From Amoebophrya sp. A120 (taxonomy: Eukaryota; Protista; Dinoflagellata): a stretch of DNA of 64,000 nt. Positions 13,501-24,500 of the stretch are shown here, in pieces; within the stretch, counting starts at the first letter, position 1, and each line of letters begins with the position of its first letter. A program made the position numbers and the translations under genes. Location: the NCBI GenBank assembly GCA_905178155.1, contig CAJINV010000004.1, forward strand, positions 2,440,228 to 2,504,227, read 5' to 3'. The notes beneath the pieces were generated by a model. It was not told where the DNA came from, ran no database searches, and was given only the letters and a program-made list of their open reading frames with translations.

Positions 13501-14772
13501 CAGGTCCTGGACCAGCACAGTGACGACGCTGCAAATTTTTACGGTGGCGTGGAGATCAACGAGGAGCCAGAAAAGACAGCGATTGCCTGCACTACTGCAG
13601 CGAAGAACAATTCTTACCCAGGGTCTAACGCGGCGGCCGCAGCGAGTACTACTAGTACAACGACAGCAAGCACAAGCAGTCGACCGGGGCAGAAATCCAG
13701 ATTCATTTTCGCAGGCAAGAATCATACCTCTGCTTCTTCTTCGCAAGCCAATGCGACAGCAGTACAACAGCATCCTACGTCCCGTGGTCGCGGAACCGCA
13801 AACAAGCAAGACGCGCAGCAGGGCCGACGGCAAAAAACGCACCCGTCTTTTCTTTTGCATCGTGGCACCACGACGGTGCCAGCGGCGAAAGGACAGGTCG
13901 GTGGGGTAGTTGGTGGTGCAGCGGAAGTAGATCTGCAAGAGACGCGAACTGGAAAAACTCCTGCTGTGTCGCACCAGCCGCAGTTTAGTATTGACCAAGA
14001 AGAAGAATCTGGCACTGCTGGCCCAGTGCGTAGTACCGCGTTGAAAAGCTGCAGCAAAAAAGCCGCGGCTCCTGCCGCGACCACGCCTTTGCAAGAAGAA
14101 GTAGAAAAAGCAACACTCACTCAGGAAAATAAGTTGAGTGTGGTCCCTAGCACCGAGCTTTCTGGCGCTGGGCACCTTGCCGCGGCGCGGATTCGGGCCA
14201 ACACCTTTCTGAGTCCGCGCGGCTTTGTTGGCACCACGACAGCGGCTCAACAGCACGGAGCTTTGTCTGCTTGCGTTCCGCCGCCCAGGACTGTGGTCGG
14301 AGGAGGAATCAATAGTGCCGGCGTGACGCAGACGAGCTCAACGATCCCAGGAACGACCATGACCACCGCAAAAAATCAGCGGAACAGCTCGGTGTCAAAC
14401 ACTTCATCAGCCGCATCAGCTGCTGCCCAGACTCCGAACAGCAACCTGCGAATCAGCGCGCCCCTGATTCCCAATTTTTCCAAGGCGTTCGCGACGCCAA
14501 TGGTGGGCGCGAGAGAGCTGTTGGTCGCTCAAAGCACTGGCAGTAGCCGGGACGATCAGGATGGTGGCAGTACTAACTACATCAACGGAGCAGCAGGGCC
14601 GCGGGGTGTTGGGGCGGGGAGCAAGCGGTTTTTCGGCATGTCCGTGTCTCCTCCACCATTGTATCGGCTGCAGGTTCTTGGGGGAAGCGCAGCAGCTGGC
14701 GCCGCACCAACTCCCGAAACCAGCCCTCCGGGTGGTTCGACAGGAATGTGGAAAATGGCGTTTCAGCAATGA
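10513..14772 (+). CDS. Large S/T/A/G-rich intrinsically disordered protein, multi-exon
   Basis: ORFs 10414-11325, 11395-11841 and 11916-12830 are joined in frame by GT-AG introns 11143-11352 and 11723-11898. The junction to ORF 12805-14772 (intron near 12590-12825) is not resolved. No introners. Confidence 0.6.
12741..12766. repeat. (TG)13 microsatellite
   Basis: Read directly; probably intronic. Confidence 0.95.
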
Positions 14773-15569
14773 AAATAAATAGAAATAAGTATGAAAGTTT
14801 AGTAGGTCTCTCGTCGTGCAGAAGTACGAGAAGCAGTAAATACGTCTGATATGATGTGAAAATGAGTACTGAAATAAATGCTACGTTGTGTTGAAAGCGC
14901 TCTGAGTAGTTTCGCTCTGGTGTTGAAAGTTGTATCTTCATAGATACGTCGATTTTTTGTAGAATCTTTGTCAGATAGTGATAGAAGACCAAAGCGAAAA
15001 AGAAATACGAAACGTGAACAATTTCAATGGTTGATAACAATTTTTTGGGACGACAACGATGCGGATGCCTATGCTAACGATGTGCCCCCGCAGCCAGGTT
15101 CTTCGAACATACAGATACAGGTTAAATTATCCTTGACGTGGGATAAAACAAAAGCAAAACCCACAAACACAAGCCGGCGCACCTTCAGTGTGCGTGTCGG
15201 TTTAAGGATATATATGCGTTTGGTCTTATGCAGATGTTGTGTGGCTCTAGAACTCACAAGTGCGTTGATGTATTCAGATCGTTGCAGCACCAGGTTTTTT
15301 ATTGGCCTATTTCGGTTCCTGCTGTTTCTAGAAATCGCGTCATGCTCTTCGTGCCGGTTTTGGAATCATGTTTGCTGATATTTCCAGAATCTGTGCTTAT
15401 GCCCTCAAAAATCGACAGCCATGATCAATCTGTTTTTTTCAGCCTAAGATGAAGAGGAGGATGATTCCAATAGCATTGGCAACACCGAGAATGAAGCACA
15501 CGCTCATCTACTTTTCGTGATTTGCCCTTAGGTTAGCAGAACAAGATCATCATTCCGCGCAATTTCGTC

Positions 15570-18500
15570 ATGATTTTGATGTGTCGAGTTAGACCTCGTC
15601 TGATCCGGGCCTCGTTGTTCGTCGTGTGGCCATGTTTCTTGATGCTTTACGCGGGACAACAACCTGGTCGTGTTGCTGCTGCTCCCCGACAGTCGGAAGA
15701 TGTTGCTGCAGCGGGACGAGGTGATCATAATAACCACCCCAGCACTCTTCCCGCAGAAGAAGAATCGTTGTCTGCTCCAGAAGAGGACGTGACGCAGGAA
15801 CCCGAACCTCCTCCACTTGTGGACGAATGTCCGGACTTTATTCGGAAAGTAAAGTTCGAGTCCTGGAAGTTGCTGGTTCCTTACTGGCACATGAGCGATT
15901 TCTACCGGGAACGAATCTTCGGGGCCATCAAGCCGGACGAGGATCCTGAACCGATACTGTCCGACTCGTCTCCTGCTGGAGAAGCGTTGGAAAATGGCAA
16001 TAATCCTGGACGAAGCCGGGCAGCAAGAACATTGCAGTCACCCACAGCCCCCTCTTCCGTGGCAGTGGACCCGGGCAAGGTCCCCGAGAGTATCGAGGAG
16101 AAGGTGGCCTACGCGCTGCACCTGCAGCAAATTGCGGAGTCGAGCCATTTCGGGCTGTCGCTTTTCATGCTCGCGAAAATCATGTCTCAGGGCGAAAACT
16201 ACATCTGGCAATTATTACAGTGAAAAATGCCCCCACCCCAGAAATAATTGGCAGCATTTGTATTGCAAACCTTTCCAATGGAAACATTCCCCTTCTTGTA
16301 TATATCAGCATCACAAATTTCAATTTGCCATGCTGAATAGCGCAAATTTGTGTTGCAAAGGAGCCCAACAGCAGCCGTTTCTGTCATGCAAAAGACGCCT
16401 TGCGCACCTAGATTCTGCATCAGAAAGCCTCGCAGTCCTTTCATGCAAGACAAAAAGCAATCATCTGGAAACTTTGCATGAGAAACTGTTGCAGCATTCT
16501 GGGGTGGGGGCGTTTTTCATTGTAGTAGCAATTGTGGGGCACGGTGGCGCGGGCCAGTCTGGCGGTGACGATGTACGGGACGGCTCCTCCTACTACTTAT
16601 CGAAAGAAATAAAAACTGTTTCGCTGCATCAAACTTTTATTGCATAGAATGGAACACGACAGAAGCATTTGTCTTGCGCCGCGTGTAAGACATGGGGGAT
16701 CTAGCCGCGTTTCCCTTTCCCCTTGGGAGGCACGCATGGCAAAGTTTTCATCTTTGTCATTGTCATGTGTAAAACGAACTTGTGATGCAGAACTTGCAAA
16801 ATGAAAATCCATGACGGTGAAACACTTTTTTCTCACGATACAACCTCCGATACAGCTACCATTCCGGTTGACGAGATGGAAGAACAGGGGAGTACTTCAA
16901 ATGTGGCCGCGAGCGCACCGTCGACAGAAAATAATCCGACCGCGTCGTTTACCCGCAACTGCGCCGTGAAATTCCTGCTGCTGATAAATTTGCTGATCGA
17001 GAAAAACTTTCGGGACCCGCGGGCTGATTTGCAGACCATGACCTACATCAATTGGTTTGACATTTTCGTGGAAGAGTCGGGCACCGTGGTCATGTCGAGT
17101 TATAAGCACCCCGAGGACGTGTTTCTCATGGCGACCATGCTACGGGCGACACACCGCGTGCTCAAGGTGTTGATCACAAAACAATTCCGTCAACATCTTC
17201 CAGGTGTTTATAAAGTCACGTCAGAGCTGCAGTAGCAGTAGGAGTAAAAGTTTGTGGTTCTCGTCGATAGTATTGTACCTGTGGCGGATTCATTGCAGTA
17301 GTCGCGCTTCCTGTTATTTACGAATTCGCATCTCTAGTACTCTCACTCGTAGAACGCGGGCTGGCACAAAGTTCAAATTATGCTAGATTCTCGACGTTCC
17401 TATACACAGTAAAGAAAAAGCTACAGTGAGTTGTACTGTTGGAAGAAAATAGAGTCTGATCGACCTGGCTGCGTCTGTTATTTGGCAAGGACCACAACTG
17501 TACTCTACTTTTTTTTCGAAACTGTTTGATGATGAAATAGAAAACTTCTACTTCAAGTAGCGCTACACTTTCTATTCACAGGTCCAATTTATCCTGTATG
17601 AGCAGTACCACGGCGCGGAGTGGTTCCAGAAAAACCTTTATGAACTGGAAAATTATCGTACTCGTATAAATGCATGACAAATTCCCTCAGCATGAGAATT
17701 CAAATTTGTAATGCGGCTTTACCCTGAGAAAAAAACTTGTAATGCAAAACTTGCATTTATACGAATACGATACTTATGCACAGGATAACCTTCTCGCCCG
17801 ACAGGGGGACCGGCTGGACAGCAAGCGGCAGGGGAGTTTGAACCAGCCGGTGACCAAAAACCAGATTCAGCACTATGCGTTGCAAATATGTCTGGGTCTG
17901 GAAACTTGTGATGCTGGGTGGCGTCTCATGATGAGACCACATGTGCTGGCTCAGCATGACAAGTTTCGGAGCTTCTAGGTGTTGCCTATTCTGCATTACA
18001 GACTGCGTTCCTGCATGACAGCAAAATGGGGCTCTTGGGTAACGTGCATGACAGATTTAAGAGTCATGCCAGACAAGCATGACAAACATGCACTCTTCCA
18101 GACCCAGACATATTTGCACTTGATAAGCACGGCAACATGACGACCTTTTTCCGCGACAGTATGAAGGATTTGCTGATCCACGATTCCTATCAACTGCAAA
18201 TATGTCTGGGTCTGGGAGATTCCGAGATTTGTCATGCAGTAGCAGTTTTTCCAAGGTCCGCCAAGACTGAAATGCAGGGCCGAGCATCACAGGTTCTGCA
18301 GCCCCTTGGTGATGCCTATTTTGCATGAGAAATGTTCTCTCAGTATGGCCAGAAATGGACAGCTTTTGCAAGCCATGCAATACAGATTTTTGTAGGATGC
18401 GCAACACGCATCACAAGTTCGCAGCCTTCGAGACGCAAGCATATTTGCATTTGATAATTCCTCCCACGCGCACCATCCCATCTACGCGCTCGACCACACC

Positions 18501-21500
18501 GCCACGCGGAGTCACTCGCTGAACTGGGTCAAGTTTCTGGCCGGGTTCCCGGAACGCTTTGCGGAAATGCTGCTGAAGAACGAAGAGAAGACCGAACTGC
18601 TGTCGGACTACGTCTATCCTGTGCGAAAGTATCGTACTCCTACCTACTAATCGCAAATATGCATGACAAATCTCCATCCTAAGGTAAAACAGCATTATAA
18701 ATTCCACTTTTCCCCTTGCCAAAAGTTGTGATGCAATTTATACTGGTACGCTGCTTTTGCAATGCATAACGTCGTTTCCAGTCTTCTCGGCCCCAGCCAC
18801 ACCGCGGGGCTCGTCGAGGAGGAGGAGAGGTCGAAAGCCGTACACGACGGTGCGTTCGCGTCGGAGACGAGGCCGAAGCGGCGCAAGCAGCTGGATATGG
18901 ATTGCAAATATGTCTGGGTCTGGAAGGATGCGAACTTGTCATGCTAAATCTGAATCGTGTAAAAATCTGTGTTGCGTGATTAGCCAAAAGCTGTCCACTT
19001 TGGACCTAATCGAGAGGCAGTTGCTCATGCAGGATAGGCATGGCAGAACTCTCACAGAATCTGTCATGCTATGTTCTACATACCAGACCTCATGGGTCAT
19101 GGAAAACCGGCATGACAAATCTGGCATTCTGGAACTCTTCCAGACCGAGACACTTTTGCGGTTGATACTGGACGTAGCCCTGCAAAAGTGGGAGGAACGA
19201 CGCGAGGAGTCTTCCTCTCTAGCAACGGGTCGTGGTCCACCACCTCTACTGCAAATGAATACACGACAAGGCGGCCCCGAGATGACGAGCCCAAATCACG
19301 ACGATCGCACGAGGACACAGTGGCACCAGCTTTCCTTGGCTGAGCCTCCAGGTGGTGGACTCGAAGAGCCGGGCACTACCATGTTCGCAAACCGATCGAA
19401 AATCTACCACCCACTGTACGTGCTCGCGGTCCTGATCCGCGCCGAAAATGAATTCGGGATTTTCCCGTTCGCAACCAGAAAAGCCGTCGCCGTGCTGGAA
19501 GCGGCCTTTCAAAAAAAGAACGTCAAGATGAACCAGCGCAACAAAAGCATAATAGCGGAGGAGGACCACACGAAACGCCAAAGCGAGGTTGAAGACAACG
19601 ACCTATCGCGGGTGCTGGTCTTCCGACGAGAAAGTACAAGCGGGAAGCAGCCAGAGGAGCACGCAGAAGGAGCCACAAAGGCGGGGCAACCACATCTTCA
19701 ACAAGAACTTGCGGCGATTCTGGACTCGGAGCTGGATGATTATACAACTTCTTCACCAGATCATCATCATTTCTTGGCCGAACAGCCACACGAAGATGTT
19801 GTTGAGAGGCGTGAAAGAACGCCAAGCTCAGACCTACTTTCACATAACATCAATCCAACGTCTTCCAGTAGTACGCTGAACATCACGTACAGCACCGAGG
19901 CGACGCACGTGGACTTGGTGGCCAATGAGGACGCCTGGCTGAAGAAGGTCAACAAACAAATTCGCGACCCGCAGGTTTGTCAAGAAGCTCAAGTCGGGCG
20001 GTCGTCCGAAAAAGCACATCAAGCACAACATATTGCAAAAAGCCCAGAACAAAGAGATGAAGACGAGCTCATAGTACAGCAGCAAACCCGTTGCCTCCCC
20101 ACGCATTCGTACAGCGAAGTCCGGTTTGCACTGAACCGCATGCGGAAACTATCAAATGCACAAATGTCTGGGTCTGGAAGATTTCTAGATTTGTCATGCA
20201 TATTTTCCATGAGCCATGATGTCTGTGATGCACGCCGCAGCGTCACAAATTTTATAGAGGGCTTTGCGATACCTCTACCGCATGAGAAATGCCCTCTCTA
20301 TGTGGGACCAACCCGACTCCTCTTGCTGGTCATGCAATACAAATTTTTTTAGCATCCACAGACAGCAACACAAGCTGTGACCTTCCAGACCCAGACATAC
20401 TAGCCAGGGGGAAGGAATCTCTATCCCGAAGCGAAATCGAGAGCACTGGGAGGGGGGAAGCAGAACTAGAAGGAAAGGACGGGGGGGAAGGGTACGGGTG
20501 TGTCAGCTAGTCAGTTTCAGGTAGCCACTGGGGTCCTGGTTGTTTCGATGAGATTCGAGACGCGGCCGCTCTGCTCTTGGCCAAATTATATATTTGCGGA
20601 GCTCTTGCGGATAATTCTGGCTATGGAGCGGCATTTAACTTGGCAAGTCGCTGGCTGCCGATCTTATTTTTCCGCAGGTGTGGGCCGTTTTGTGGATCTT
20701 TGCTTGTGCGTTTATTTTGAGAACTATGCGCGTTTGAAGATCATGGCGCGCCTCATATTTTCCGCGGCGGGACTTTCTCGGAAGCTTGGCCGGAGCTTTT
20801 GCGTAGAAAGATCGGGAGGGCGTTCGCGCCGCCTCCTTCTCTATGTGCGAACAGATTCCGGCGGCCATTTTCTCCCGTGTTTTCTTGTGTCTGTTGCGGG
20901 GCCTGTTTCTCTATCTGCGAACAGTTTGAAAACCACGCAGAAGCGACGAGGCAAACGGCGGAACACAACGAGGCGGGGAGGCCAGACCTTCGGGACAAGG
21001 AAGATAGAGACGGGAAAGAGTGGAAAGACGAAAAAGGCGGGAAAAACTGAACAGACTGCGAGAACTGGGAGGGCTAGGGAAGCCTGTAAGAAAGACTGGG
21101 GCGGCTGAGGGGGCTGAGAAGCTCAAAAGGCGAATGAGGTTCGAAAGGTTGAGCAAACTGGAGAAGCCGGGAAGGCTGAAAACCTGGGAAGGCGGGGAAA
21201 CGAAAGCGAGCAAGCCTGGAAGCGAAGGCGCTGACTTGCTGAGAGGCCTCGGCGTCGCTTTTGCCTAGAGCTGGAGGGCGTTCGCGCCGCCTCCCTCTCT
21301 ATGTGCGAACAGATTCCGGAAGCTGTTCCGCGTTTCTCTTTGTTGCGGCGGCTGTTTTTCTGTCATAGAACTGCTAAGGCAACCGAGAGGCCAGCAGCTC
21401 CATGGAAAAGTCCGGCGGCCGCAGAGCCCAAAGGAGGCGCGGCGGGGCCCCGTTGCTGCAGCTTCGCAGCTTCAGCAGGCAGATTGGCTGGCGCGCCTGA

Positions 21501-24500
21501 AACAGCTGTGGCAGCTCGATAAGTAAGCGGAGCAGGCAGGAAAAGCCCGGGGTAGCTACAAAACCGGCTGTAGGTAGTTAAAGGACCGGCTTTAGTTAAC
21601 AAGGCGGGTGGAGCTAACGAGCCGGGTTTAGCTAACAAGCCGGCTTTGGGTAAAAAACCGGCTTTAGCTAAAAAATCGGCTTCAGCTAAAAAACCGGCTT
21701 CCGCTAAAAAAGAAACCGGCCGCGGCTAACAAACCGGCTTCAGCTACAAAGCCGGCTTGGGCTTTAGCTAGAAAACCGGTCTTAGCTAAAAGAGCCGGGA
21801 ACGAAGCTGGGAGGCCGACAGGCTGGGAGGTGGACAGGCTTGCTGGGAAGGTGGGGGGCTTGGGGGCTTGGAGGGCCAAAGGCTAAAAACGGAGAAGCGA
21901 AAACGAAAAAGCCAGGAGGCAGACAGGCTGGGAAGCGAGCAAGCTTGGAAGCGAAGGCGCTGACTTGCCGGGAGGCCTCGGCGTAGAATTTGCGTGCCTA
22001 GAGCGGGAGGGCGTTCGCGCCGCCTTTCTCTATGTGCGAACAGACTCGGGAAGCTGTTCCGCCTTTCTCTTTATTGCGGCGGCTGTTTTTCTGTCCTAGA
22101 ACTGCTAGGGCAACCGAGAGGCCAGCAGCTCCATGGAAAAGCCCAGCGGCCGCAGAGCCCAAAGGAGGCGCGGCGGGGCCCCCGTGCTGCAGCTTCAGCA
22201 GCTAGACTGGCTGGCGCGCCTGAAACAACTGCGGCAGCTCTACAAAACCGGTTTTAGCTAAAGGAACGGCTCGAGCTAACAAGCCGGGTCTAGCTAACAA
22301 GCCGGGTTTAGCTAACAAGCCGGCTTCAGCTAAAAAATCGGCTTCAGCTAAAAAACCGGCTTCCGCTAAAGAAGAAACCGGCGTGCTCAGCTAAACGACC
22401 GGCGTCAGCTACAGTGTCGGCGTCAGCTACAGCGAAAAGAACCGGGAAGCCGGGAAGCCGGGAAACCGGGAAACCGGGAAACCGGGAAACCGGGAAACCG
22501 GGAAACCCTGGAGTGGTTTCGGGTAAGGGTATCGCTGGAGTGGTTTCGGGTAAGGGTACGCGGGGAGTGATAAAGTGCTTCACGATTTCAGTACTTTCGG
22601 GCAATTTCTACCTTTCCCGGGTCTATATATATTTGTATTTGATAGAGCCTTTCGCAAACCGAATTGAATCCTGAGTACCGCGAGTTGTGGGGGTTCACCT
22701 ACATGGATTTGCAAAATGCGGTGAAGAAAGCCTTCCAGCGCTTGCAAACATTATTGGAGCTCGCGCACCGGCACTGGCGGCGGGAAAAGGTGAAGACGTA
22801 CTTCGAGCGGCTGTTTCAAGCGAGGTTTGACCATCTTGTTCATGATCGGGGAACTGCAGGATATTTATTTTCCACTAAGGACACTGATGTTCTTACCCCC
22901 TGGCGGCTGGTGAACGTCGAGAGTCTGGTAACCACTCCAGTGGAAGACGCTGTTACTGAGCAGATGCGCGGCTACCCGGGCGGCCTCCCCGCCGCGGAAG
23001 CCGAGCGGGCTGAGTGGCAGAACCCGCGGCGGAAGGTGAGAAGAGAACTTTGGGCGGAGAATCGAGAAAAACTGGAACGAAAGTTGCAAGAAAGTGTGGA
23101 GAGGGACGAGTTTTCTGTTTTACAGGTGGGGGGCAGAAGAAACAGAATAACAACTGAAAAGAAGGATGCAATAGACCACAAAAAGACCTCCACGAGCGAC
23201 GTGATGGCGGATCATTTGCACGAAAAAGACCCAACCGAAGATGAAGAAGGTGCGTTTCTTCAGGAGGACGCTCATCTTGACGGGCAGCAACTTGGCAATG
23301 ATCACGTGTCGGTGGAGGCGAACGCAGTCCCGAGTAGAAGTACTAGAACTCCGCTCTTGCTACTCTCCCCCGGAGCGCTGGCCCGCGTGAGGAGAACGTC
23401 CGAGGCCGCCGCTTCTCTGCACCAGAGCAGGCCAGAGCTACAAGAGGAACTCGAAGTAGCAGGAGCCCGTCGTCCAGAGCGACCTCCAGAAGGCACACCC
23501 CCACGACAATCGTCGACAAGAACTCTTCTGCAACTCCAGCCCGTGAGCGAACTGATCGCGAAGTCCAAAACTATTCGCACCGCGTCCCGCACGCACTTCG
23601 GGTCCATTTTCAACGTGCGCAAAAACCACCAGCTGTGGGCGCTGGAGAACCCCTACGACCTTTGGACGGACTTCGCCGACGAGGGCTACTTGGCGACCCC
23701 ACTTGCCGACTACGCGGAGGACCACAAGGACACCGTGCTGGAGCGGATTTTCGAGGTTATCGGCGTACACAACCACTTTTTCGTGGAAATCGGCACCGGC
23801 CTCGGCACGGAATGTAACAGCCGCTACTGGCGTATGGGGTTCTCAAATGTTACATTCTCAGCTGTTACATGAATTTGTAATGCAAGAATGGCAAGAGTGA
23901 GAGGGCAAATATATACGCCTTTTGCATTACAGGTTTGGCGCATATTCTAGTGCTATCTAGCGCGTCGAGAACTTGTCATGCGAAGCAGCTTTACGGTGTA
24001 GATACTGATGAGAGTTTTGCATGACAAACCATGTAACAGTTGAGAGCGTAACGCTTGAGAGTCCTATATGGCGCGTGATGCGCGGCTGGGACGTGCGGAT
24101 GTTCGATGCCACCGCGGATCTGCCGCACATTATGCATAGCAAATATGTCTGGGTCTGGAAAGTTGCAACTTGTAATGCTAAGTCTGGATCGTGCAAAAAT
24201 CTGTGTTGCATGAATGCCAAAAGCTCTCCACTACTTTTGACCAAGTTGAGAGGAAGTTTCTCATGCAGGATACACATGATGGGGATCTCACAGAATCTGT
24301 CATGCTAGGTCCTGCATTCCAGACGACATGGATCACGGAAAATCTGCAACACAAGCCTCGGAATCTTCCACACCCAGGCATGTTTGCTTTTGATACACAT
24401 TAACCTACGACAACAACTGATCAACCCGGACAACGTCAATGAGGTTTTCGCATCGCACGCTGTACCGCAAACCTTCGACGTGCTTTCGATCGATGTGGAC

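Larger units (their letters stand above)
20150..22644. mobile_element. Introner-like element, family A, expanded to 2.5 kb by a nested insertion
   Basis: TATCAAATGC start; right TIR split into CCAGACCCAGACATA (to 20399) and TTTGTATTTGATA (to 22644); TSD GAAAC/GAGCC; 2500-nt removal gives ...NRMRKLSQTELNPEYR in frame. Confidence 0.8.

Noticed and set aside
17639-19172. Repeat-spacer alternation resembling a CRISPR array
   Set aside because: The repeats are 150-300-bp inverted-ended elements with TSDs, the spacers are in-frame exons, and no cas genes are present.
18757-20352. 531-aa ORF as a standalone gene
   Set aside because: It reads by chance through two introners; only 19173-20149 is in the reconstructed gene frame.
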